NCBI GenBank assembly: GCA_963736855.1
Contig: CAVTQK010000009.1
Coordinates: 608,001-672,000, forward strand
Direction of reading: 5' to 3'
From: an uncultured delta proteobacterium
Lineage (GTDB): Bacteria > Desulfobacterota > Desulfobacteria > Desulfobacterales > UBA2156
Length of the DNA stretch: 64,000 nt
The notes under the pieces were generated by a model, which saw only the letters and a list, made by a program, of their open reading frames with translations, did not search any database and was not told where the DNA came from. This document shows, piece after piece, positions 20,782-32,066 of this stretch. Made by a program: the position numbers and the translations under genes. Each line of letters begins with the position of its first letter. Position 1 is the stretch's first letter.

Positions 20782-22713
20782 TTGAAACGAATCATACTCG
20801 GCACGGCCGGACACATTGATCACGGAAAAACAAGTCTGATCAAGGCGCTGACCGGCATCGACACGGACCGACTCAAGGAAGAAAAACTCCGCGGGATCAC
20901 CATTGAATTGGGATTTGCCTTCATGGATATCCCCGGAGGTTACCACCTCGGTATCGTGGATGTCCCGGGACACGAGCGCTTTGTGAAACATATGGTGGCC
21001 GGCGCCACAGGGATCGACCTGGTCATCATGGTCATCGCAGCCGATGAAGGGGTCATGCCCCAGACCATTGAACATATGGAGATCTGCACCCTTCTCGGTA
21101 TCCGATACGGTCTTGTTGCCCTGACCAAAATCGATATGGTGGATGAGGAGTGGCTCGAATTGGCCCAGGAGGACATCCGCGCATTCATCCGGGGGACTTT
21201 TCTGGAGAAGGCGCCCATCCTTCCGATTTCCTCTGCGACCGGCCAGGGTCTTTCGGAGCTGCAGAAGGCCATTGGCGCTTTGTGCGCTATCATTCCCGAT
21301 CGACCGGAGTTTTCTCTCTTACGTATCCCCATAGACCGTGTCTTCACCATGAAGGGTTTCGGAACGGTGATCACCGGGACACTGATCTCCGGCCGGGTGG
21401 AACTGGGAGAGGTTGTGACTATTTATCCTTCCGGCGTTTCAGCGAAAGTGAGGGGGATCCAGGTGCATAACGACAGCGTCACTGCCGCCGAAGCCGGAAT
21501 GCGCACCGCCATCAATCTGCAGGGTGTGGAAAAATCGGCCATTGAAAGAGGGGAAATCATCGCCAGGCCGGGTACCCTGAAGCCCTCGTATATGATCGAT
21601 GTTCAACTCCATTTTCTAAAAAGCAACTCGAAACCGATTAAAGACCACACCCGGGTACGTCTGCACACCGGAACCAGCGAAGTGATCGGAAATTTGATCC
21701 TTTTGGATTGCGATGAGCTTTCGCCGGGGGATACGACGGTGGCTCAGATCCGCCTGGAAATGCCGATCACCGGTGTTAAGGGAGACCGTTTCGTTATCAG
21801 AAGCTATTCACCGGTCCGCACCATCGGAGGCGGGAGGATCCTGAACCCCATTCCGCAAAAGCACAAGCGATTCAAAACTGAAATCATTTCGAGGCTTCGA
21901 GGTCTTATTGAAGACCCTCCTGAAAAGATTGTTTTATACCACGCCCTCGAATCCGGTTTGACCGGCATCGGTTTTCAAGACCTGATCCTCATGACCGCCA
22001 TTACGGAAAAAGCCCTCCAACGGATTCTGGAGCTATGCTTGTCGAAAAGACAGGTCCTCCTTTTGGACAAAGAAAACCGCACCTTTCTGCATGCCGATAA
22101 TTTCGAAAGGTTCAAGTCGGAAATCGTCAACCATCTGAAGCGCTATCATCAGCAATATCCCTTGAAAACCGGAATGCCCAAGGAAGAACTCCGTTCACGG
22201 TTCCCGAAAGCTGTCCACCCCAAGGCATTTCACATGGCCATCAGCGAAATGATCGAGAAAAAGCAGATAGTTCAGGAAGAACAATCCATCCGCATCGCCT
22301 CCCATACGGTGGCCCTCGGAAAGGACCAGCAAGTACTGCAAAACCGGATCCTGGATGCCTATGAAAAATCCGGACTCATGCCCCCTTATTTCAGCGAGCT
22401 GTGTAAGGACCTGGACGTGGATCCTAAGAAAGCCGGAGAGATCCTTTTGGTTCTGGTTGACGAGGGGCGCCTGATTAAAGTAAAAGAGAATTTATTCTTC
22501 GGCACAGGAATCATTGAGGATCTAATGAGCCGCCTGAAGGCCTTTTTTCAGGACCACGAGGAGATCTCGACCCCTCAATTTAAAGAGATGACCGGTGCAT
22601 CGAGGAAATTTGTGATCCCGCTTCTGGAATACTTCGATGCAAAAAACATCACCATAAGGGTTGGAGACGCCCGCAAACTCAGGATTAAACCCGACAAGCA
22701 GGAAAGAATGTAA
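20782..22713 (+). CDS. selB: Selenocysteine-specific elongation factor
   Basis: [34 protein letters not shown]-terminal [13 protein letters not shown]...R winged-helix motif. Confidence 0.96.
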   Translation: MKRIILGTAGHIDHGKTSLIKALTGIDTDRLKEEKLRGITIELGFAFMDIPGGYHLGIVDVPGHERFVKHMVAGATGIDLVIMVIAADEGVMPQTIEHMEICTLLGIRYGLVALTKIDMVDEEWLELAQEDIRAFIRGTFLEKAPILPISSATGQGLSELQKAIGALCAIIPDRPEFSLLRIPIDRVFTMKGFGTVITGTLISGRVELGEVVTIYPSGVSAKVRGIQVHNDSVTAAEAGMRTAINLQGVEKSAIERGEIIARPGTLKPSYMIDVQLHFLKSNSKPIKDHTRVRLHTGTSEVIGNLILLDCDELSPGDTTVAQIRLEMPITGVKGDRFVIRSYSPVRTIGGGRILNPIPQKHKRFKTEIISRLRGLIEDPPEKIVLYHALESGLTGIGFQDLILMTAITEKALQRILELCLSKRQVLLLDKENRTFLHADNFERFKSEIVNHLKRYHQQYPLKTGMPKEELRSRFPKAVHPKAFHMAISEMIEKKQIVQEEQSIRIASHTVALGKDQQVLQNRILDAYEKSGLMPPYFSELCKDLDVDPKKAGEILLVLVDEGRLIKVKENLFFGTGIIEDLMSRLKAFFQDHEEISTPQFKEMTGASRKFVIPLLEYFDAKNITIRVGDARKLRIKPDKQERM

Positions 22714-22717
22714 TACC

Positions 22718-23926
22718 ATGGAGAACCCAAACACCGAATCCACAGGGCAGGAAGACAAAAAAGCTTTCAAACGATTTGCAGCAAAGCGCATGGTCATCGG
22801 AATTCTTTCTACCGTGGCCGCTCTCTGGATTCTCGGCACGATAATGGGATATTTTTCCGGCCAAAAAGAAAGTGTTCAGGAGCCCGCATCCCACTCCGAT
22901 ACAGCCTCGTCCGAAAAATCGACCATCCCCTTATCCCACAACGATCCGGGCACGCAGCCCGTTCTTCATGAAAAGCCGGAGCAACCGGCCGGTCATACGG
23001 TTTCAGCTTTGGAAGTTCCCCATGGCGCCCAGCAGCTCCGGGACGTAACCGGACAGCCTCCGGGGATTCAGCCCAAAATCAATATCGATTCAAAGCATCC
23101 TGACGTTTCGGCAGAACATGAGACCTCCGCCTCCGAAGGACATGAAACTCAATCCCCTGTTCAGGTGAGGTTTCCGGTCAGGGGAATGGCTCTTGTCGAT
23201 GCTGTCATTAAGCCGCTGGAACATGAACTGGAAGAACGGTTTTGGGGGTGGCGTCCCAACGACCTGATCCAGTTCACGGACAACGTAAATAACTTCCAGA
23301 TGGGCGTACTCGAAGCCACCCGCCGCACTGCGGTGATCCTGGCGGAAAGGATTTCCCGGACCGGAAGCACGGAGGCATTCGACCGGAACCTGGAAAGCTC
23401 AATGAACTGGTTCATGATCAGTGCTGACAAGTACTGGTTTCCCTCTGCGGAGTCGAAATATAAAGATGGGCTCGAAGAGCTCAAAGTCTTCTTCAAGAAG
23501 CTCGAAAAAAAGCAGGCCTCCTTTTATTCGCGAACCGACAACCTCATCCCGTTACTCATGGTGTACGAAGATCTTCTGGGAAGCTGCGACGAAAACCTCG
23601 TCAAACAGCGGGAAAAAGACGGGACCCGTGTCAGCTTTTTCAGGGCCGACGACTATTTTTATTACGCCAAGGGGGTGGCCAGCGCCATGCTGACCCTCAT
23701 GGAAGCCGTTTCCGTGGATTTCGACGTCACTATAGAATCCCGCAGAGGAACAGAAGTCCTCCATCATGCCATCGAATTTCTGAAGCTTGCCACCCAAATC
23801 GATCCCTGGATCATTTTGAACAACAACCTGAGCGGGTTTTTTGCCAATCATCGGGCCAACATGGCCGCACCCATCAGCCACGCCCGATTTTATCTCAGCG
23901 TCCTGATCAAGACCCTTTCCACTTAG
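22718..23926 (+). CDS. DUF2333-family membrane-anchored protein
   Basis: N-terminal TM; GWRPND, DNVNNFQMG, WFPSAESKY, ADDYFYYAKG, ANHRANMA. Confidence 0.75.
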   Translation: MENPNTESTGQEDKKAFKRFAAKRMVIGILSTVAALWILGTIMGYFSGQKESVQEPASHSDTASSEKSTIPLSHNDPGTQPVLHEKPEQPAGHTVSALEVPHGAQQLRDVTGQPPGIQPKINIDSKHPDVSAEHETSASEGHETQSPVQVRFPVRGMALVDAVIKPLEHELEERFWGWRPNDLIQFTDNVNNFQMGVLEATRRTAVILAERISRTGSTEAFDRNLESSMNWFMISADKYWFPSAESKYKDGLEELKVFFKKLEKKQASFYSRTDNLIPLLMVYEDLLGSCDENLVKQREKDGTRVSFFRADDYFYYAKGVASAMLTLMEAVSVDFDVTIESRRGTEVLHHAIEFLKLATQIDPWIILNNNLSGFFANHRANMAAPISHARFYLSVLIKTLST

Positions 23927-23966
23927 TCAGACCGAAAGCGGGGCGTACCCGTGATATGCTATGTCG

Positions 23967-25193
23967 TTATCCGGGTAAGCACGATATAAGTGCTTCCGCA
24001 ACCCCGTCCAGAAAGAGCATCCCGTGCCGGGTGAGGGAAAAACGCTCCGACGAAAAGGTCGCAAACCCTTCCCGTGTCAGGCGTTCAGCCGTCTTTGAAG
24101 TGCAGCCGTAGAACGACAGGCCGAATCGCTTTTCAAAATCTTTCACGGCGATGCCCTCCCGCCTTCTGAGCCCCAAATAGACGGCCTCCATCTGCTGCTG
24201 GATCGTGGAGAGCACCTCTTCACCTCCCACGGGCCGCATGTCCGACCCTGTTGCCTCAAAGTATCCATCGATATCCCGGATGTTCCACCATCGCTTGTTT
24301 TCTCGAAAGGAGTGGGCGCCGGGTCCCAGTCCCGCATAGGAGGCGAATATCCAATATTTCTGGTTATGCCTGGATCGGTTGACACCCGAGACGCCTTCTC
24401 CCATCCGGGCAAAATTGGAAACTTCGTAATGCTCGAACCCGTGATCCTCCAGGTAGCCGGACGTTGTCACAAACAGATCCGCTTGCCGCACCTGGGGCAG
24501 CGGCTCAACTTCTCCGGACTCCCGACGGGCGTAAAGAACCGTTCCCGGTTCATAGGAAAGCAGATAACAGGATAGGTGACTCGGGTTCAAGTCCACGGCT
24601 TTTTTCAAATCCGCAAGCCATACTTGTTCCGTCTGATCGGGAAGACCATAGATCAGGTCGATGCCGATATTCGTAAACCCGGCCCGCCCGGCTCCTTCTA
24701 TTGCCGCCACAGCCTCGGCGTCTGTATGGATGCGCCCAAGAAAAGCCAGGTTTCGGGGACAAAAAGACTGGACGCCGATATTGATCCGATTGATTCCGGC
24801 TCTATGATACTCTCCAAGGCTTTTGGGATCCACGGTACCGGGATTGACTTCCAGCGTGACTTCCGTATCGCTTGAAAATCGGAACCGGTTTCCGGCTTTT
24901 TCCAAAATCTCTCCGATCTCATGAGATGAAAGCAAAGAAGGTGTCCCACCTCCAATATAAATGGAATCAAAGATAAGATCGGTCCAATCCTTTGAAACGA
25001 TCTCCATTTCGTTGAGAACCGACCGAAGATAGGCCGGTTTCAGCTCAAGGTCGGTGACGGAATAAAAATCGCAATATGGGCACTTTTTGAGGCAAAAAGG
25101 AACATGGATGTAAAAACCTGCAGCATCTGCCGCTGCAGCCATGGGGGCTTGCATGAGCCGACCGTTGGATAAGGAGGTCACTTTGAGACCCAA
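23967..25193 (-). CDS. hemW: Radical SAM heme chaperone (HemN-like)
   Basis: YIHVPFCLKKCPYCDF, GGGTPS, HYEVSNFA, HNQKYW. Confidence 0.9.
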   Translation of the reverse strand: MGLKVTSLSNGRLMQAPMAAAADAAGFYIHVPFCLKKCPYCDFYSVTDLELKPAYLRSVLNEMEIVSKDWTDLIFDSIYIGGGTPSLLSSHEIGEILEKAGNRFRFSSDTEVTLEVNPGTVDPKSLGEYHRAGINRINIGVQSFCPRNLAFLGRIHTDAEAVAAIEGAGRAGFTNIGIDLIYGLPDQTEQVWLADLKKAVDLNPSHLSCYLLSYEPGTVLYARRESGEVEPLPQVRQADLFVTTSGYLEDHGFEHYEVSNFARMGEGVSGVNRSRHNQKYWIFASYAGLGPGAHSFRENKRWWNIRDIDGYFEATGSDMRPVGGEEVLSTIQQQMEAVYLGLRRREGIAVKDFEKRFGLSFYGCTSKTAERLTREGFATFSSERFSLTRHGMLFLDGVAEALISCLPG

Positions 25194-25194
25194 G

Positions 25195-25740
25195 TTATAA
25201 TCGGGGCTCCTGGCTCATGGCCACCCCGAGTTCAAGGGCCTGGACATTGATGTCCAGAAAGCCGGGCGGAATGCGATCTTGAAGCACCTTCAGAATAGAT
25301 TCGGATTTGATGACCTGAGTGAGTCCCACAACGGCTCCCAGCATGCAGATATTGAAAACGATGGGCTTACCTATTTTTTCCATGACCTGTTGATACATGG
25401 GAAGCTCGATTTGCCGGGCATCCACCTTCCGCTCAATTTTGACGTACCGGATATCGGTGATGAGGAGCCCCCCGGGACGAATGATGGTATAAAATTTATT
25501 ATAGGCTTCCTGCGTCAGACAGACCAGAACATTAGGCTCATTGGCTTTGGGGAAATGGATCTCGCTATCCCAGATGATGACATCGGTTCGTGTGGCGCCC
25601 CCCCGGGCCTCCGGTCCGTAGGACTGGGACTGGACAGCCATCAGGTCCTCATAGAGCACCGCGGCCTCGGCCAGGATAATGGCCGCGGTGATCACCCCCT
25701 GACCCCCTGAACCGGAAAAGACCATCCTGCATCGATTCAT
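25195..25740 (-). CDS. korC: 2-oxoglutarate:ferredoxin oxidoreductase gamma subunit
   Basis: SGSGGQG, QSYGPEARGG; in operon with acnA and icd. Confidence 0.88.
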   Translation of the reverse strand: MNRCRMVFSGSGGQGVITAAIILAEAAVLYEDLMAVQSQSYGPEARGGATRTDVIIWDSEIHFPKANEPNVLVCLTQEAYNKFYTIIRPGGLLITDIRYVKIERKVDARQIELPMYQQVMEKIGKPIVFNICMLGAVVGLTQVIKSESILKVLQDRIPPGFLDINVQALELGVAMSQEPRL

Positions 25741-25753
25741 GCCGCAAATTTCC

Positions 25754-26560
25754 TCATTTGCCTCGGGTTTTGGCCCGTTCAATAATCTTATCGTATTCCC
25801 GGCAGTATTCCGACCTCTCCTTCTGGACAAATATGCCGCGCTCGATAAGATCCGGGTTTTCCTTTTTCGCTTTAGAACCTAAAGGCGTGGTGTGATCCCT
25901 GTAGTAGGCCATCATTTCCACGGCGCTTCCCATCTTGTTTTTTCTCCCGAAATAGGTGGGGCACTGGGACAGAATTTCCACCACTGAAAAACCTTCATGC
26001 AGGATGGCTTTTTTAAAAACATCGATCATCTGCTGCACATGGTAGGTGGTGGTGCGTGCCACGAAGGTGGCCCCGGCGGCAATGGAAAGCTCGACCACAT
26101 CGAAGTCATAATCGATGTTCGTATAAGGCGCGGTGGTGGCCAAGGTGCCGTATCCGGACAAAGGACTGTATTGTCCGCCGGTCATCCCGTAAATCCGGTT
26201 GTTCATAATGATGGCCGTCATCTCGATGTTGCGCCGGGCTGCATGGATAAAGTGATTCCCTCCGATGGCCAGGGCGTCTCCATCCCCCATGGGAATAATG
26301 ATGTTGAGTTCCGGGAGCCCCATCTTGACACCCGTGGCAAAGGCCAGAGCCCGGCCGTGGAGTGTGTGCAATGTGTGAAAATCGAGGTACCCCGATATTC
26401 GGGAGGAGCACCCGATGCCCGACACCATGACGATTTCGTTTTTGCTCAGGCCCAGACCCTCAATGGCCCGAATCAGGGCGTTCATCACGATTCCGTGGCC
26501 ACAACCCGGACACCACATATGGGGGAAAAAGCGTTCCCGAATGTAATCTTTGAGCGGCAT
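25754..26560 (-). CDS. korB: 2-oxoglutarate:ferredoxin oxidoreductase beta subunit
   Basis: WCPGCGHG, GDGDALAIGGNHFIHAARR. Confidence 0.9.
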   Translation of the reverse strand: MPLKDYIRERFFPHMWCPGCGHGIVMNALIRAIEGLGLSKNEIVMVSGIGCSSRISGYLDFHTLHTLHGRALAFATGVKMGLPELNIIIPMGDGDALAIGGNHFIHAARRNIEMTAIIMNNRIYGMTGGQYSPLSGYGTLATTAPYTNIDYDFDVVELSIAAGATFVARTTTYHVQQMIDVFKKAILHEGFSVVEILSQCPTYFGRKNKMGSAVEMMAYYRDHTTPLGSKAKKENPDLIERGIFVQKERSEYCREYDKIIERAKTRGK

Positions 26561-26564
26561 CCCT

Positions 26565-27713
26565 TTAAACCCCTTTTCCCTGGATCACCCGTAGGATGTT
26601 ACGGATATCCGTGGGCGTAATGAGTGATCCATCGATTCGATTGGCCAAAAAAACTTTTTCCGGATCTTCCACCGCCAGTTTGACGGTCTGCAGGATCTGC
26701 CCCATATTCATCTCCACCACCAGGACGATCTCCGGAGCCTTGCACCGATCGCGGATCAGATCGACCGGAAACGGCCATAAAGTCTGAAGCTCCAGAAGGC
26801 CAACCCTCTCTCCTCGGGGTCGTCGGTTTTGGACTACATGCAACGCGCTTCTCGCCGAGGATCCGTAGGAGATGAGCAGGACCTGGGCGTCATCCACAAA
26901 ATATTCCTTGCACCGGGCGATTCGATTCGTGTTGTTGTTGATCTTATCTATGAGATGTCGCAACAATCCCTGGACTACACCGGGATTATTCGATGGAAAC
27001 CCCCACATGTCATGGAACAGCCCGGTCACATTGTAGCGGTGCACCCCGCCGAAGTCCGACATGGGAAGACGGCCATCCTCCCGGGGAAGATACGGATGAT
27101 AATCGACACCTTCCGGCACGGAGGTGCGCAGCCGTTCGAGCAGGGGGATCTCGTCTTTCTCGGGCAGAATCAGACGCTCACGCATGTGCCCGACCACCTC
27201 GTCGAAAAGGAGGATCACCGGGGTCCGGTAAGTCTCCGCCAGGTTGAAGGCCTCCACGGTCATGAGGAAGACGTCCTGATGATTGGAAGCGGTAAGGGCG
27301 ATCACGGCGTGATCTCCATGGGTTCCCCACCGGGCCTGGTTGACGTCCCCTTGAGAAACACTGGTGGGAAGCCCGGTGGACGGTCCCCCCCGCTGGACGT
27401 TTACGATCACACAGGGAATCTCCGTCATGATGGCATATCCCAGGGCCTCTTGCATCAGGGAAAATCCCGGACCGCTCGTGGCCGTCATCACCTTGTGGCC
27501 GGTCAGTGACGCTCCGATGATGGCGCAAATGGAGGCGATTTCGTCTTCCATCTGGATGAACTTGCCGCCTCGCTGCGGAAGCCGGTAGGACAGATGTTCG
27601 GCGATCTCCGTGGAGGGGGTAATCGGGTATCCGGCGAAAAAATCGAGACCGGCGTAAAGCGCCCCTTCGACACAAGCTTCGTTTCCCTGAACAAACTTGA
27701 TGTTTTTCTTCAT
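26565..27713 (-). CDS. korA: 2-oxoglutarate:ferredoxin oxidoreductase alpha subunit
   Basis: GYPITPSTEI, QMEDEIAS, QRGGPSTGLPT. Confidence 0.9.
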   Translation of the reverse strand: MKKNIKFVQGNEACVEGALYAGLDFFAGYPITPSTEIAEHLSYRLPQRGGKFIQMEDEIASICAIIGASLTGHKVMTATSGPGFSLMQEALGYAIMTEIPCVIVNVQRGGPSTGLPTSVSQGDVNQARWGTHGDHAVIALTASNHQDVFLMTVEAFNLAETYRTPVILLFDEVVGHMRERLILPEKDEIPLLERLRTSVPEGVDYHPYLPREDGRLPMSDFGGVHRYNVTGLFHDMWGFPSNNPGVVQGLLRHLIDKINNNTNRIARCKEYFVDDAQVLLISYGSSARSALHVVQNRRPRGERVGLLELQTLWPFPVDLIRDRCKAPEIVLVVEMNMGQILQTVKLAVEDPEKVFLANRIDGSLITPTDIRNILRVIQGKGV

Positions 27714-27928
27714 TCAGAACCCTCCGGCTCCACAACCACTTCGATGGCGAGGTCAGGGCACCTGAGTTCACAAAGCCGGCAACAGATACAGTCCTGGGGC
27801 CGCTCAACGCTGACTTTGTCCTGTGCATTCAGTTCCAGCACCGACTTCGGGCAAAATGCCACGCAAATCCCGCACCCTTTGCACCAATCTGTCTGGATGC
27901 GATGTTCTTTCAATTTCGGCTTGGCCAT
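27710..27928 (-). CDS. korD: 2-oxoglutarate:ferredoxin oxidoreductase delta subunit (ferredoxin)
   Basis: CKGCGICVAFCP, CICCRLCELRCPDLAI. Confidence 0.9.
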   Translation of the reverse strand: MAKPKLKEHRIQTDWCKGCGICVAFCPKSVLELNAQDKVSVERPQDCICCRLCELRCPDLAIEVVVEPEGSE

Positions 27929-28028
27929 CTATATCCTTTTGTTCCTGGAAACCGTTCTTCTTTCAGGTTTTCATCGCCCGAATACCGGTTAAAAGGTTGA
28001 GTTACCCTACCACGTCCCGACGCTGTTT

Positions 28029-30779
28029 TCAATCGGCGGCTTTCAGAATTTTTCTTACGACATACGGCAGGATGCCGCCATGCAGGAAATAGCTCACCTC
28101 GATGGGCGTATCGAGTCGAGCGATGACCGGAAACCGAACCATCGATCCATCTTCTTTCACGGCCGTCACCTCGAGTCTCTCACGGGGCTGAACCGATGCG
28201 ATTCCCCGGACGGAAATGATTTCGGACCCGCAAAGCTTCAGCGTTTCGAGTGCCCCTTTTTCGGCAAAAGCGAGGGGCAAAACCCCCATCCCCACCAGGT
28301 TGCTCCTGTGGATCCGCTCGAAGGATTCAGCAATCACGGCACGAACACCCAGAAGCCGGGTCCCTTTTGCCGCCCAATCCCGGGATGAACCGGTCCCGTA
28401 TTCTTTCCCGGCTAAAACAACAAGGGGAATTCCTTCTTTTTCATAGGCTTGAGCGGCATCGAAGACAGCCATCTCTCTTTTTTCCGGAAACTTGAGGGTA
28501 AAGCCCCCTTCCTTCGGCGCCACCAGCTTGTTCTTGATCCGGATATTGCCGAACGTTCCCCGTATCATCACCTCATGATTCCCCCTGCGGGCTCCATAGG
28601 AGTTGAAATCCACGGGGGAAACACCTTGATCCATGAGGTATCGGCCGGCCGGAGAACTGCTGGGAATCGTGCCGGCCGGAGAAATATGGTCGGTAGTCAC
28701 CGAATCCCCGACGTACAAAAGCACCCGGGCGTCATCGATGTCCTTTGAATCTTCCCTCTCCATTCTGAACCCTTCGAAATATGGCGGCTCTTTGATGTAG
28801 GTCGATCCTTGGGCCCACGGGAATGTGGTGCTCTTTCCCGCCGACATCTCCTTCCAGAACGCATCCCCTTTAAAAATCCGGCGATAGGTCTTTTGAAAAA
28901 ATCGCCTCTTGACGTGGCGTTCGATGAGCTGTTGCACCATTTCTTTGGAAGGCCAGATGTCTTTCAGGTATACCGGTTCACCGTTGGGATCCAATCCGAT
29001 GGGCTCTTGGGTCAAATCGATATCGATCCTCCCGGCAAGTGCGAAACAAACAACGAGCATGGGGGAGGCTAAAAAATTGGCCCGCACTTTCTGGTGGATC
29101 CGGGCCTCGAAGTTCCGGTTTCCGGAAAGGACCGCAGCCACCGTAAGGTGATGTTCGTTGATGACCTTTTCGATTTCCGGGTGCAGGGGGCCGCTGTTGC
29201 CGATGCAGGTTGTGCACCCGAAACCCGCCACATGGAAGCCCAGCGCCTCAAGATACGGGAGAAGGCCCGCGGCCTTCAGGTAATCCTCCACCACCCTGGA
29301 CCCGGGAGCCAACGAGGTTTTAACCGAGAGAGGGATTTTCAGGCCCTTCTCCACAGCGGCCTTGGCCAGGAGACCGGCTCCAATGAGGACTTCGGGATTG
29401 GAGGTGTTGGTACAGCTCGTGATGGCGGCGATAACGACACTTCCGTCTCCAATGCTATCCTTTTTCCCGTGGATATCCACTTCGAAGACACGCCGGTCGG
29501 TAGGACGGCAGTCCGAAGGCGATATACTTGGGCTCCCCGATTCATCTCGGAACATAGACATCAGGGTCGGATCGGCATCCCGTTTATAAGCGCACCCCAT
29601 CAAATCGACAAAAACGGCCTTCAGCTTTTGGATCTCGATCCGGTCCTGGGGTCTTGCAGGTCCCGCAACAGCGGGGCGCACGGAAGAGAGATCCAGTTCC
29701 AGGACCTCCGAATAACGCACCCTGCGCTCCTCCAAGTCAAAAAAGCCGCACGCCCTGGTGTATGTCTCCACGATCTGCGCATGGTTTTTTCCCCGGGTCA
29801 GCACGAGATAATCGATTGTCATTTCGTCGATGGGAAATAAATTGATGGTGGCACCGCATTCGGGGCTCATGTTGGAGATGGTGGCGCGCTGTGGCACAGT
29901 GAGGGTTTTCACTCCCGGCCCGAAATATTCTACGAACTTCTCCACCACTCCTTTTTTTCGCAACATCTCTGTGATGGCAAGAACAAGGTCCGTGGCTGTG
30001 GCTCCCGGACCGAGGGCTCCGGACATGCGGACTCCGATGACCTCAGGAATGGCCATGAAATAGGGTTGTCCGAGCATTACCCCTTCCGCCTCAATGCCAC
30101 CCACGCCCCACCCCACCACGCCGATGCCGTTGATCATGGTCGTGTGGGAATCGGTCCCGACCAGGGTGTCCGGGAAGGCCAGCAAACCGTCACCCTCCTT
30201 TTGAGTCACAACTACTCTTCCCAGGTGTTCGAGGTTGACCTGGTGGCAGATCCCCGAGTTGGGGGGGACCACCTTGAAGTTTCCAAAGCTTTTCTGTGCC
30301 CACTTCAAGAGGGCGTAGCGCTCCCGATTCTGCTTGTATTCCCTAGCCACGTTCTTTTTCAGGGCGTCGGCCGTGCCGAAATAATCAAGCTGGATAGAGT
30401 GATCGACGACAAGCTCTACGGGGATGAGGGGGTTGATCGCTTTGGGGTCTTTCCCCAAGTCTCGGACGGCGTCGCGCATAGCGGCAAGATCCACCACGGC
30501 CGGAACCCCGGTGAAATCCTGCATAAGGACCCGGGCCGGATGAAAGGGGATCTCCACCGGTGCATCATACCGACCGGCCCATCGGGCGATCTTTTCAAGG
30601 TCCGCATCGGTCACCACCGCTCCGTCGAGATGCCGAAGCAGGTTCTCACATAACATTCGGATGGAAAAAGGCAATTCGGAGATATGACCGATCCCCTTTT
30701 CTTCTAGCGCCAAGATGTTATAGTAATGGATGGATGCCCCGTTGACTCGGATCGTCTTTACGAACTCGTTTTTATTCAA
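28029..30779 (-). CDS. acnA: Aconitate hydratase
   Basis: QDFTGVP, DSHT, AITSCTNTSNP, GCTTCIGNSG, GSSRDWAAKG. Confidence 0.96.
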   Translation of the reverse strand: MNKNEFVKTIRVNGASIHYYNILALEEKGIGHISELPFSIRMLCENLLRHLDGAVVTDADLEKIARWAGRYDAPVEIPFHPARVLMQDFTGVPAVVDLAAMRDAVRDLGKDPKAINPLIPVELVVDHSIQLDYFGTADALKKNVAREYKQNRERYALLKWAQKSFGNFKVVPPNSGICHQVNLEHLGRVVVTQKEGDGLLAFPDTLVGTDSHTTMINGIGVVGWGVGGIEAEGVMLGQPYFMAIPEVIGVRMSGALGPGATATDLVLAITEMLRKKGVVEKFVEYFGPGVKTLTVPQRATISNMSPECGATINLFPIDEMTIDYLVLTRGKNHAQIVETYTRACGFFDLEERRVRYSEVLELDLSSVRPAVAGPARPQDRIEIQKLKAVFVDLMGCAYKRDADPTLMSMFRDESGSPSISPSDCRPTDRRVFEVDIHGKKDSIGDGSVVIAAITSCTNTSNPEVLIGAGLLAKAAVEKGLKIPLSVKTSLAPGSRVVEDYLKAAGLLPYLEALGFHVAGFGCTTCIGNSGPLHPEIEKVINEHHLTVAAVLSGNRNFEARIHQKVRANFLASPMLVVCFALAGRIDIDLTQEPIGLDPNGEPVYLKDIWPSKEMVQQLIERHVKRRFFQKTYRRIFKGDAFWKEMSAGKSTTFPWAQGSTYIKEPPYFEGFRMEREDSKDIDDARVLLYVGDSVTTDHISPAGTIPSSSPAGRYLMDQGVSPVDFNSYGARRGNHEVMIRGTFGNIRIKNKLVAPKEGGFTLKFPEKREMAVFDAAQAYEKEGIPLVVLAGKEYGTGSSRDWAAKGTRLLGVRAVIAESFERIHRSNLVGMGVLPLAFAEKGALETLKLCGSEIISVRGIASVQPRERLEVTAVKEDGSMVRFPVIARLDTPIEVSYFLHGGILPYVVRKILKAAD

Positions 30780-30842
30780 TATCGCCTCCTACCTCATACC
30801 CGTGGATTCTTCTTCTAAATCTACTTGCACTTTATGCCTCCA

Positions 30843-32066
30843 TTATCTCCTGAAAGCATCCGTGACGGCCCGGGCAAACCCTGAGCAGGAAAGTTCCACG
30901 GCCCCTTCCATCTGTCGAGCCAGGTCGTAGGTAACCCGTTTTTGTGAAATGGCGCTGCTGAGTCCTTCTCGGACAAGATCTCCGGCCTCCTTCCATCCCA
31001 TGTAATCGAACATGAGAGCCCCAGACAGGATTAGAGACCCCGGGTTCACCTTGTCGAGCCCGGCGTATTTCGGGGCAGTACCATGGGTGGCTTCAAATAC
31101 CGCGTATCCGTCCCCGATATTGGCCCCAGGCGCCATCCCGAGCCCTCCCACCATGGCAGCCAGTGCGTCGGACATATAGTCCCCATTCAGGTTCGGCATG
31201 GCCAGGACATCGTACTCGTCGGGGCGAAGCAGAATATGTTGAAACATGGCGTCTGCAATCCGGTCCTTGATGATGACTTTTCCCTCTGGGAGCCTTTGTT
31301 CTTGTTTATCCGACAGGTCTTCTTCCGTTACCGTCACATCGGCGAATTTTTCGCGTGCCAATTCGTATCCCCAGTTGCGAAAGGCCCCCTCGGTGAATTT
31401 CATGATGTTTCCCTTGTGAACGAGGGTTACACTGCGTCGTCCATGCTTAAGGGCATATTGAATCGCCATACCCACCAAACGGCGCGTTCCGAAACGGCTC
31501 ATGGGTTTAAGCCCTATCCCTGAGCCTGGACGGATTTTCTTTCCCGTCTCCTCTTGAACGAGGGCGATAATTTTTTTAGCAATCGCCGAATCAGCCTCCC
31601 ATTCCAACCCGGTATAAACATCTTCGGTATTTTCCCGGAATACGACCATATCCACCTTTTCCGGATGACGCATGGGGCTGGGCACCCCCGGGATGTATTT
31701 TACCGGCCGGATGCATGCGAAAAGGTCCAACTCCTGGCGCAGGGCCACGTTGACACTGCGGATCCCCTTTCCAACAGGAGTTGTCAGAGGCCCCTTAATG
31801 GCGATACCATGTTCCCGTATGCTCTGAAGCGTCTCATCCGGAAGGAAACTTCCGGACTCCCGGAAGGCCTTTTCACCTGCCAGTACCTCTTTCCAGCGAA
31901 TACCCCGTTTTCCTTTATAAACATGGTCCACGGCTGAATCCAGAACCATACGGGTGGCCTTCCAGATATCCGGACCGGTGCCGTCCCCTTCGATATACGG
32001 AATGTCGGGAAAGTCCGGAAACCGGCAACGCGCAGACTCTGAATCCCGGATCGTCTCCATTTTCAT
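30843..32066 (-). CDS. icd: Isocitrate dehydrogenase (dimeric, E. coli type)
   Basis: [47 protein letters not shown]. Confidence 0.95.
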   Translation of the reverse strand: MKMETIRDSESARCRFPDFPDIPYIEGDGTGPDIWKATRMVLDSAVDHVYKGKRGIRWKEVLAGEKAFRESGSFLPDETLQSIREHGIAIKGPLTTPVGKGIRSVNVALRQELDLFACIRPVKYIPGVPSPMRHPEKVDMVVFRENTEDVYTGLEWEADSAIAKKIIALVQEETGKKIRPGSGIGLKPMSRFGTRRLVGMAIQYALKHGRRSVTLVHKGNIMKFTEGAFRNWGYELAREKFADVTVTEEDLSDKQEQRLPEGKVIIKDRIADAMFQHILLRPDEYDVLAMPNLNGDYMSDALAAMVGGLGMAPGANIGDGYAVFEATHGTAPKYAGLDKVNPGSLILSGALMFDYMGWKEAGDLVREGLSSAISQKRVTYDLARQMEGAVELSCSGFARAVTDAFRR